Part shown: positions 52,855 to 64,000 of the stretch, in pieces
Layout of the letters: every line of letters begins with the position of its first letter
How positions within the stretch are numbered: the stretch's first letter is position 1
Source of the DNA: Octopus vulgaris
Lineage: Eukaryota
Length of the DNA stretch: 64,000 nt
Reading direction: 5' to 3'
Assembly: GCA_951406725.2 (NCBI GenBank)
Contig: OX597824.1
Span: 48,360,001-48,424,000 of the forward strand
Position numbers and translations under genes: made by a program
The notes under the pieces: model-generated
Told to the model about the DNA's origin: nothing
The model's database searches: none
The model's input: only the letters and a program-made list of their open reading frames with translations

Positions 52855-53824
52855 AGCGGTAGAGTGGATATCAGACAAACTGGTGCATCGAACAAAATGC
52901 CTTGTGATATTTATGTGCGTTCTTTGTGATTTGGTTTCAAATCCTGTTCAGGTCAGTTTTGACATGTGCCCCTCTATGTGGGGTTGATAAAATATGCACC
53001 AGTGGTACAAATAATCACTTCCCACTGAGAAGACAGAAGTAGTTTTGGTGGTGGTAGTGGATGGGGATGATGAAATGGTCGAATCGGTAAAGGACTAAAC
53101 AGACCAGCAATTGTTAAGTTAGGAATTTTTTAAATTACGGGTTCACATCCCACAGCAGATAATTTTACATTTTTGTTCTCCAAGGGTCCACAAAATAAGT
53201 GCCAGTCAGGTAGTGGGGGTTAATTTAATCGACTATTCGCTCTTCTTTATGTTCTGAACAGCAGCAGCAGTAGTAGTAATAATAGCAGAAGCAGAAACAG
53301 CAGCAGCAGTAGTAGTATAAGACAGATAGAATGATATTTAAAAAAATGAGGTAGCGTGCTCGATAAAATGAATTGCAGTGTTTAGTTAGATCACTGTCTT
53401 ATATGTGTCGATGCTATTAAATTGGTTTATAACAATGTGAGAAAACAATATAACAAAAAGAAGAGATATCAAATTAATATTAAAATGGTCATCACAGACA
53501 TTTCGACGTTTTATGGTTGGTTTAGATTTAATATGCAAACGTATTAATAAATGAGGCGACTGGGATAGGTATTTCGGCGGTTAGAGAGGTAGTTAGATAG
53601 ACACCGTCAGAAGGATAGATCGTATAATTGATAAATAGTTAAATAGATGAACGAATACATTGATAAAGTACTGACAGAGAAATAGAGGGCAGGAGAGAGA
53701 GGTAGAAGGAAATGGTTGACTCACGGAAGTAGACAGATAAAGTAAGTTAAATGATAGAAGCATGGGTACATAGAGTTGCACAGTGCAATAATAAATAGAT
53801 TAAAATTATTTTTTTTTACAAATA

Positions 53825-55050
53825 TAGGCACAAAGACTAAAACTTTTGGGGAAGGGTCTAGTCGATTATATCGACTCCACTGATTACCTAGTACTTTTTT
53901 AATCGAGCCTGAAAGAATGAAAGGTAAAGTCGAACACGGTGAAATTCGAACTCAGAATCTAAAGCCGGAGGCAGTTTATTTAGCGTACTAACGATTTTGC
54001 CACCTCACCGTCTTCTTACATTGTGTTAAAGCAATAAATAACTGTAAACTAAGATTTAGCTACCGCTTTTTTTAACGGTTTGACTTAAAATTTTATGGGT
54101 TCAGCAGTGCCGTTTGCTCCCTTTGTTTTCGATGAAATAAATAGAGATTTAATAGAGTATACTTTAATTCCTTTGTTAATACAATATAGCTCCATGGTTA
54201 AAAAAATTCGCTTCGTACGCACGAGGAATCGGGTTCGAGCGCAGTGCATGGTATCTTGGACAAGTGTCTCTTTACTACAGTCTCTGATTGACCCAAATCT
54301 TGTGAATAAATTTGTGTGGAAGTCTTCTGATGCATTGTGCCTGTAATTTAGAGGGCATGCTCTACCACGCATCGTGTCACATTTGAGGAGTGCATTAAGG
54401 GTATACATATCTGTGGAATACTCAGGTAGCTCAATTGATTAAACAATCGAAAATTCATTGCCGCTAGTTCTGACGGATTTATTTTATTAATTTCTTATAT
54501 TTTGTGGTCATATGTTAGCCATTATTAATACTACGGGTTTCATCCATTTGGGGTCGATAATTTAAGCACTAGTGAAACACTGGGGCCAATGTAATCGACT
54601 AGTACCTTCCCCACAACTTTCAGGCCTTGTGTATGCGTTTGGTAGAAAGGATTATACATACTACGTTGAATGAGGCGAGCAAGCAGAACTTTTAAGCATT
54701 TTGTCTGTATATACGTTCAAAGTTCAAATCCTCCTGAAATCGTCTTTGTCTTTCATCTTTTCGGGGTCGATGAAATAACTCCCAGCTGAACAGCGTTGTC
54801 GATGTAATCGACTAGCTCCCTCCCACCAAAATTTCAGGTCTTGTGCCTATAGTTAAACTGCTACATGAAGGTCGGTGAATGGTTAGAATTCTTACGACGT
54901 CGCACAAAATGCCATGAGATATTTCTTCCGGATCTTTCAATTCTATGTTCAAAACCCACAAAAGTCAACATTTATTTTCATCTCTCCGGCAAAACAATGT
55001 GCAAATTAAGTGCAGGGTTCAATTTAATCAGTCTTCTCAAAATTTCGGAC
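53825..55050. mobile_element. cluster of diverged SINE copies (families A and B)
   Basis: Family A minus at 53825-54010, family B head at ~54195-54330, family A plus at ~54535, 54670 and 54870. Confidence 0.7.
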
Positions 55051-55294
55051 GTGATTTATTATTAATAATAGTATTTTTCTGTCTCTGCGTTTATCCCACT
55101 CTAGAGTAGGATCCGGTCGTTTTTTGCATTGATGTGACCGAGGCGTTGCTCCTGTCTATACGCCGCCCCTCAGTAGTGGTATTGTAGGTTGTTGCAATGG
55201 GTTTTCAGTCAATGTGATTCAAACATAACTTTCTGACAATGAATTCTCATAAATTTTGAACTAAACAAAAATCGTACTCAAACGGGTGATTCTA

Positions 55295-56066
55295 TTAGAT
55301 GTACCGAAAAGTAAGGTTATATTTTCAAGCAAATAGTCTGACGTTATGTCACTAGTAACTTACAAACCAATAAAAGATTTCCTTGCTATCAACTTATCAG
55401 CTCTAAAGTTAATGATATTAACTCTAAAGTTAATGACAAAACGTTAATGTGGACACATGCTGTATGTATATAAGCTCTATCCAACAATCCATGGAAAACA
55501 AGGAGATTAGTGAGCAACATGTTCGGCCTTGCATGCCTTACGAATTTCGTAACATATATGCTACATATCCTAATGATGTGTTCGAAATGCTAATGGTGGT
55601 TTAACAAATTCAAAAACGGTGATTTCGATTTTTTGAATAGGTACCGATCAGGAAGACCAACTGTTCTTAAGAACGACACAGTGAAAACACTACTTGAAGA
55701 GAATCTTGGGTCTTTTCCAGGAGGCATGGTCTACTGGACAAGGTCATCTCAGGTAAGTTAGGAAAGTGTATAGAGAAGTGAGGCGGATACCTCATGTCTC
55801 CGAGAATAAACAGTTCGTTCGACAAGATAACTCAACAAAAGATAAATTCTTTAGGCTGGGAAGCTCTCCCTCTTTCTCCCTACTCAGCAGAGCTAGCACC
55901 ATCAGGTTTTCATTCATCGCAGAACCAGAAAAAACTTTCAAGGTGGGGAAATGTTACTATTATTGATAGCAATTATATTTTGAATGAATGAATATACATT
56001 AATGACATGTTTTATGCTCATTTGAACTCATTATATGAATGCGACATTACTTTTCGGTAGTATTAA
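55295..56066 (+). mobile_element. internally deleted mariner element
   Basis: TIR core taccgaaaagtaa / ttacttttcggta; WFNKFKNGDF..RSGRP, IPH and LGWEALPLSPYSAELAPSGFH (YSPDLAPSD motif). Confidence 0.85.
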
Positions 56067-56264
56067 TTAATATTTTACACGTCAATCATTGTCCTGCAAA
56101 TTGCTTTTGGCGAGCGATTATAGAGACTCTCTATTTCTTACCTGATATAACAAATACTAGCACTATTGACACATTACTACAGCTGCCCGCCTTGTTTGGC
56201 CGAACTTTTCTCAGTCAACATAGTCAGCTTTCACCTCTCATTTTTCATGCACGCACAATTAATA

Positions 56265-56490
56265 TTGCTTCTAATCAAGGCACCAGACCAGTTATTTTGA
56301 TGGGAGGAGGTACGGCCAATACTATCGACTTTAGAACTTGACTGGTTCTCTGCCTAATCGACTTCCGAAAGGATGAAACGTAAATCAGTATCAGTGGTAT
56401 TTGAACTTAGAATGTAAAGAGCTGGAACGAATGCTGTAAAACATCTTTTTTTCCTCGACTTTTTAACGATTCTACCAGCTCGCCGTCTTA
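56265..56490 (-). mobile_element. SINE family A, diverged
   Basis: cgaaaggatgaaa..tttgaacttagaatgtaaag..aacgattctaccagctcgcc. Confidence 0.72.
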
Positions 56491-57052
56491 ATAACATTTC
56501 GTAACTATACTCGCACTACTAACATCAACAACAGCAATTGTAGTAGTAGTAGTAGCAGTAGCATCAGCATCATCACCACCACAAACAATAACAACAATAA
56601 CAACAACAGTAGCAGCACCGTTTTCAGTTGTGAATCCATACAATCTTTTACCATCAAGAATGTGCAAACTACATTAAATCCAAAAGTGCATAGGTTTATG
56701 CGACCATTATAGTTTTTTTTTTCAGTCTGGCTGGAAGTGTGATCAATTCACTAAAATGTTCAGAAAATCAAATATTGTTAGGTTAGTTTAAGTAACGTGA
56801 GATTAACAATACAAGAATAATTTGGCAGACATAAGAAATAAATCATGAAAAGAAACGAAGATAATGGTTTACAAGATGGCGGAAGTGAACTGACCAGTCA
56901 TTTAGGAAGGGTTCTTGAATTTTAAAGTCCGTCCTTTAGAGTATTCTATTTGACCTTTGACTCGAATGGTTACGTGAATACAGATTTACTGATAGTGGCG
57001 TTATTACTTGGAGCAAGTTATAATTTCGTGAGTGTGTGTGTGTGTGTGTGTG

Positions 57053-57111
<59 letters not shown>

Positions 57112-57399
57112 ATGATAGATGGACAGAGAGAGAAATGAAAGAAGAGGAAAAAGAGAAGGTAGGCTGGGGTGGGAAGAAAGAAAAGAAGACGTGGAGGGGA
57201 GGAAAGAGAAGAAAACGACGAGGAAGGGGTAGAGGAGAAGAGGGAAGAAGTTGAAGAAAAATAGGAGGAAAAGAAGCGAGCGAGTGACTTGGTGAGAAGT
57301 AGAAGGATTAACGATTTCGTGAGTTAAAATGAGGAGGAGACTAAAAGATATTTATTATAAGAGAAAGAAAGATATCCATCCAGCTGACATGAAAAATAG

Positions 57400-57477
<78 letters not shown>

Positions 57478-58151
57478 AAAAGAAAAAATGAGAGACAGAG
57501 AATAAGTAAGAAAAGATTAGGAAGGAAAATGCGAATAAAAAGGAAGTAAATGAAAAAAAAATTCATTCTTAACTATATACTTTGCAACCGCATGGTTTCG
57601 GAGGTGGGTGTTCAGTCTCACTGAACGGCACTTTGGGCAAATGTTTTCTACTATTGTCCCGAGCCAATCTGTGCCATATAATTTGAGCCGGAAATTTAGA
57701 GTTGTATATGACATGCACGTACAAACACATACATGCAAACGGAATTGAAGTCATTCACATCTATACAAGGAAACCACTCATTTGTCGCTAATGAATATCC
57801 CCGAGAACTTTCGCCACTTGATATAAGCCTGGTAAAAATTGATTATTTTCTTCAGATAAAAGCGAAGAAGCACCTATTTCATGGAAGGTTGTAGCAGTTA
57901 TCATGCGGTGAAAAATTCACTGAAATTCAGAACGTGGATAATTGTTACCACTACTACATAAAGCACAATTGGACGAGAGACCTAGGGTCAGCTATCACAG
58001 GTCGCGGAACTATCGAGAGAAAATTCAATGCACCGAATCTTGCCAGTTTGTTAGAGATAGTCTTGAATTCTGCGAAGGAAAAATACATAAATCTCAAAGA
58101 CATACATACATACATACATACATACATACATACATACATACATACATACAT

Positions 58152-58560
58152 ACATGGCGGATTAAATCGGAACTTACAACTCTTGTACTCTGACTATGAA
58201 TTCCCATTTGTACTTATCATCATAGGTGCATTAGGTTATGTACCAACAAATTTGCACAAAAACCTAAACATACTCGGGTTCACGGAGAAAGTGCAAAAGA
58301 AACTGATGCGGATTCTTCAAATCTAATCTAATAGTGGCACGGTGAAGTAAGACATTTTAAAAATCCTCCACCTGAGATTCTTATTTGAATAGATGCACAC
58401 ACTTGGACGAAAGCATTGACAGTTCATCCTACACAGCAACTCATCTACATATTCACAACTCTCTTAATTCAAAAAGTCTTGACACTTTCTTAGCGACCGG
58501 CTTGAACTTTCTTAAGAACTTACATAAAACTCAAAGAAAAATCATACGTACATTCATACA
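58152..58560 (+). mobile_element. R4-type RLE retrotransposon 3' fragment beside (TACA)n
   Basis: GLNRNLQLLYSDYEF..IIIGALGYVP..LNILGF..LMRILQI*SNSGTVK; long (TACA)n upstream and catacgtacattcataca downstream. Confidence 0.8.
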
Positions 58561-59375
58561 TGATAATTGCTTCATCTTGTCTTATGATAGCCATCTCACA
58601 TAGTGAAACATCTATACTCTATTGGATTTAAGTGACCCAGTTTGTACAACACTTTTTCCATTCTCTCTGACGCCATAGTAGGTTCCAGTGACAAGCATTG
58701 CAAAATGACAGGTACTATTTTGACTGCAAGTTTTATATCAGAGTATCTTTCTCTTAGAAGAGCTGCCTTCCCCACGGCTTGTGTCAAAAGATTATGGGAG
58801 CCTCCTCTACACTTGGGAAATCTGTTCAACCTATAGATGCGACTCTGACAAGTACTACCGCTCTGGGTCTGGACAGACCTGCGAGTAATTACAATTAAAA
58901 GGTGACTCTACGCTCCCCACATCTCCAGAACTACCCCCGGGTGTAATTAATGTCATTCAAAGGACGTACATAAATACATACATGCATTAATAAATGATGG
59001 TTGTCGACTCGTAGATAAGTATGACTATCATCTACAAAGTCAAGCCATCCAGAAACAAGCAAGAGCAAGTTCTCCGACTTCGCAATGAGATGAGTGTTAC
59101 TTCGGAATTTCCTTCTCCTAGAGAGATTCTAAACGAAGACTAAGAGTCTCTCATTTCCCAGCTGTTGGATGACCGTTGACTCTATTGAGTTCATCTGTCC
59201 TTGAAAAGGTTATCATTTTCATTCTGTTAGGTGTCCAACAAAAGCCACCCTCTTTTCCAAGGAGGCTTGGTGCGTTGCCGGTTTAGTCACCGACGACCCG
59301 GCCGTAAGACAAGCTAGATTAAATTCTACCAGTAGCACTACAAACATACAAACATCCATCTATCTATCCATCCAT

Positions 59376-59445
<70 letters not shown>

Positions 59446-59983
59446 GCACACATACGTACATCGTTCAAATTTATGGAAGACAACAGAAAGAATTGTAAGG
59501 TAGGAAATCGAAAAGACAAAATGTTAATGTAATTTTGAGATATAACGGAGTTTATTTAACTAATTAATTTATTTATTCACTTATTTAATCAATTTCATAA
59601 TATTTCGATGACGACAGAGATATTTTTTATTATTATGGAATAAGATTAAAGATGCCTGTTAAGGTAGAGTAAAATAAACCTGAATTCAACAAACGGAATT
59701 AGGAGGATTCCTGTTGGGCTGTGAGTCTGCAGACCAATACAGACAAACCATCAACAAAAGCGAAACTTGCCAATTCCCTGAAAAGTTTACGGTTTTGTCG
59801 AAGAAGTCGATATCACTTCAAAGATTTCTGTTGTTCGATAACATATCTTACAATCCTTCGAGTATATCTCTTACGTCAATCTAACTGGGTGAATTAATGA
59901 TGGATATGTGTGCACACTCGTGTATACACACACACAACATACGCACACACACATACACACACATGCACACACACGCACACACG

Positions 59984-60079
<96 letters not shown>

Positions 60080-60151
60080 TTCGACTAGTGAAACCGTTAA
60101 TCCAGACATGTTTTCTTTTGCTCTCTCGTTTTTTTTTTGTTTTTACCTCAT

Positions 60152-60190
60152 TCCATTCTGTCGAAGAGCGTGGGCTCGAAACGTCAAACA
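60152..60190 (+). ncRNA. minimal hammerhead motif, variant core (A6>U)
   Basis: CUGUCGA-A-GAGC GUGG GCUC-GAAA-CG-UC; context similar to 4724-4758. Confidence 0.5.
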
Positions 60191-60634
60191 CTTTTTTATT
60201 TTTCCTGAGCATCAAACTAATAAACCTTGTCTCTGTCTTTTGTTTTTTGGACACTTAAACCATACATATGTGTGTGTGTGTGCGTGCGTGTGCGTGTGCG
60301 TATGTGCTTATGTGTGTGCGTTCGTGCGTATAGCGTCGATTTTGCTTAATTACATACCTGGTAATTAAATAATTCGGTTAATTGCATAAGTATTGTTCAG
60401 ATAATTAGATAAAAGAAACAGCGAAATGTAGCATAAAATTGGATCTTTATTTGATTTGATATAAATAAAATCACTCTGGAAGCTTTCGTTTTCATGAGTT
60501 AAAATGATATTAGTATGTTCGTCATGTTTACAAATAACCGACGTCAATGGAATCAAACAAATTCAGGTTATTTCAATAAATTAAAGAAAGTCAGATTCTA
60601 CCGTAGTTTATCTTATCTATTTGCTATTGTAGGC

Positions 60635-61020
60635 GTAGGCGTGAATGTGTGGTTAAGAAACTAATTATGTGGTCTTGGGCTCAGTCCTACTGCGCGGCAC
60701 CATGCTCAAATGTCTTCTACTATAGCCTCGGGTCAACCAAAGCCTTGTGAGTGGATTTGGTAGACGGAAACTGAAAGAAGTCGAGTTCTCGCGTATACAC
60801 ACACATACACAAATGCACACACACACATAATGCATATTACTGTTTGTGTCTTTGAGTTTGTTTTGCTTTGTGTTTATCCCCCACTCTGTAACTTGGCGGT
60901 TCGGTCAAAGAACCGATACAATAAGTACCAGGCTTAAAAATAAATACTGGGGTCGATTGTACGACTAAATCTTTAAAGGCATCGCCCCCTCCAGTATGGC
61001 TGCTGTAAACAAGTAAACTA
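60635..61020 (+). mobile_element. SINE family B, full length
   Basis: aggcgtgaatgtgtggttaagaa..gatttggtagacggaaactgaaagaag..aaacaagtaaa. Confidence 0.85.
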
Positions 61021-61976
61021 TAAGAGGTTATATAAATCTTCATTGTAGATATAACTTGTAAATAGATCATTTAGAGCATTGAATGAATGTTATATATATG
61101 TCATACAGATTGCACTGATGGGCGCTACCTTTATCAGCTACCAACAGGGAATCATAACGATTTCGGTTCCTGCCAATTGTACTGCGACGTCCGAAGATAC
61201 TGTGCAGCATTGATCTTATTAGGGAAGTTCCATTTTTTGGGGAGAGGCGAGGGCTCATACTGTAGTAATCTGTTTCCTTCCATTATCCTAGCATCCATCA
61301 CATCCAACCAGGTGCAACGGTGATCACTCCAACCATATAGCAACTAATATGTTATTTGCACTAAAATTCTAAAATTTTTTTACATGCTTCAACTATATCT
61401 ACCATGAAAGCCTTTTCTCCTCGGCTCTCCAGCAATCGAGTCATTATTCATTTATCATCGCTCCCACACATACGCCACAATCATATACATACACACATAC
61501 ATATATGTGTCGGTGTATACATATATGCGGGGGGGTTTCCCAACGAACAATATATATTAAGATAGCGCATACTTTCCGTCTATTATATTGAGCGCTATGT
61601 GGTTTGGTATGTTCATTGACACACCTAAAATACCATAAGTTGATTTAGAATGTCAACGGTTTGCCCAAGTCAACTCTTAAGAACTATGTCAACGCTATAT
61701 CTTTCAGTGCTATGAATAACTGCATACAAAGTATTTAATCAAAGATGAAGAAAATCTGAAAAATGGATTGAATAGTCCTCTAATCCCCCGCCGACACATG
61801 CAAATACTAAAACAAATTTTGTAGAAATATGCTGGAGGTTTCATGAGGTCTAATGACGTAACTATGAATGAAAATAATGATTATAATGACTGTATTGTAA
61901 CTTACTCGTATCACTGTTAATATATACTGGGTGGAGCTGCCACCGTGCTTACATTAAATAATGAAAATTATTACGA

Positions 61977-62018
<42 letters not shown>

Positions 62019-62032
62019 AGTAGTATTAGTAT

Positions 62033-62073
<41 letters not shown>

Positions 62074-62074
62074 A

Positions 62075-62112
<38 letters not shown>
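61977..62112. repeat. (TAG)n microsatellite
   Basis: Direct inspection. Confidence 0.97.
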
Positions 62113-62295
62113 ACAGCAGCAGCACCAGCAGCAGTAACTTCTTTTGTTGCCTCAAAGGTGACATTTTCAGGGAAATCAAAACACATATAACAGTGGGGCG
62201 TTTCTGAATCGAAAGTGAAGGGAAATGAAGCAACAAATACAAACACAGATGCGCGCACACATACACATATGTATGTATATCTACCTATATATGTA

Positions 62296-62376
<81 letters not shown>

Positions 62377-62441
62377 GATAGATATATACATATATATACA
62401 CATTCATATATACATATAATATAATATGTATACATAATGTA

Positions 62442-62475
<34 letters not shown>

Positions 62476-62567
62476 CATTATGTATACATAATATATTATA
62501 CCAACAATGGCACCAGAATGAATATCTAGCAGTAATGCAGTTAAAACGCGCGTAGGTCCACGAACTA

Positions 62568-62634
62568 ATGTTTAATAAAATTAACTGTTTAATAAAATTA
62601 AATGTTTAATAAAATAACTGTTTAATAAAATTAT
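62568..62634. repeat. ~16-17 bp minisatellite (tgtttaataaaattaac), 4 copies
   Basis: Direct inspection. Confidence 0.85.
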
Positions 62635-62720
62635 AGATGTGGAAATTGCAAAAATATCACAAAAATACCACAAAACCCCGCTATTCAGAATTTGTGATGA
62701 TTCTACATATATGTATATAT

Positions 62721-63531
62721 CAGAGGCGACTCCAGGTCTCAGTGTCACTCGGGCTCATTACAGATTTCGTTACTTGGGCTCATCTCAGATTTCGCATAAG
62801 ACACATGCCTGCTCCAAGGGTTTTACGTTTTGCCGCAATATTTCTAGCCCCAAATGGCTTATTTTTTAATATCTAGCACTATGTCTTTCTCCATTTCTAA
62901 GTTAAGGGTAAACATAAAGCAACCTAGCAAAACACAACTGATCTTTACACACAGACGCATAGAATAAGAGCAATCAAATAACGACAGCGGAGTGCACAAC
63001 AACCATCAGCGATCTGACTGTCGCTTGTACTTCGACAAGAGACACCAATTAGACTTTTATATCTACCAGGCTCTTTCGTATTAGCCCGAGTTGTTGGATA
63101 ATTTTTCGTTTCTTTAAGAATATTGTAGAACAGAAACTTTTCATAGATTGGAATTTAAATCCTAATCTCTATAGAAATTTATTATTTCAAGAAAACATTG
63201 AATTTGAATTATTTTAAATTTTTATGATTACAGATAATAACTCGGGCTGTAACTTCTGAGCCCGAGTCAGGTGCGCGTGAACGATGTCAAGAGAATGTCT
63301 GCTACGAATGGTATTTTTTGACACAGGACACCTCTATGACGACCGCCAGACGCTGAACGAAAATAATAAACTGCAACCAGGCTCAATAAAAGGTGCCCGA
63401 GTTACTGACTGAAATTACATACTTAATGACAGTGTTGGCAGAAATTAAATCTGCTTCGTAAATACACATTCACTTTAGTAAATTTATACTCGGGCTAAGC
63501 CCGAATAGCCCGAGTGCTGGAGTCACCACTG
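62721..63531. mobile_element. non-autonomous hAT-type element
   Basis: TIRs cagaggcgactccag / ctggagtcaccactg; 8 bp flanks gtatatat / atatatat; repeated ctcgggct/agcccgag motifs. Confidence 0.8.
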
Positions 63532-64000
63532 ATATATATATATGCATGCATATGAGTGCGGTGTGTGTGTATACCTATATCTGCTGGTGTGGGGCACTAG
63601 CGATCATGGCTATCATCTAGATAATGTCAATGCTACCATCCAACCGTTCTCTTGATGGGTTATGGATATCTGTGATGGTAAGTATAGGTGTATATAATCA
63701 CTACAGTTTCTTGCAAGTGTTGTATTAAATTATATTTTACTTTATTTTAAGCGAATCGCAATTGCTTCTCGGCGGTAAGAGAAGATCAAAGTAATGTTAG
63801 CTGCAAACTATTAAGTGATTGAACTGTGAAATTCTGGTTTAAGCACTTCATATAACACCTCATAACTTTTTTAATTTTTGAAATTTTCAGATAAATTTTG
63901 TAATTTGTGTTCTTCACACGGGAGTTGACACGATTATGCAAAAAAAAAACAAAAACAAAAAGAAAATTGCATAACGCCACCCCTATAAATCCTAAAAGTT

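Noticed and set aside
58596-58836. Opposing short ORFs
   Set aside because: No recognisable domain or splice support.
61067-61343. Short non-repetitive ORFs
   Set aside because: No family similarity that I can name; lengths are compatible with chance.

Overview
AT-rich, repeat-saturated eukaryotic intergenic or intronic DNA. The tRNA-derived SINE families and extreme microsatellite density point to a coleoid cephalopod, most likely Octopus (inference). No intact host protein-coding gene can be supported; nearly all listed ORFs are microsatellite translation artefacts. Supported content: a decayed ~2.8 kb R4/Dong-clade non-LTR retrotransposon plus several 3' fragments beside microsatellites, Penelope-like element (PLE) coding fragments, Tc1/mariner remnants including a near full-length DD37D-type element, MITEs, a Helitron, a Helentron-type HINE, many SINE copies and an initiator tRNA-Met pseudogene. 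The most notable signal is a set of minimal type I hammerhead ribozyme motifs with palindromic stem III: three with intact cores and several decayed. Two of the intact ones sit on the arms of a near-perfect ~365 bp inverted repeat, the largest of a series of fold-back elements, most of them next to (TA)n tracts. Repeat boundaries were read by eye and are approximate.
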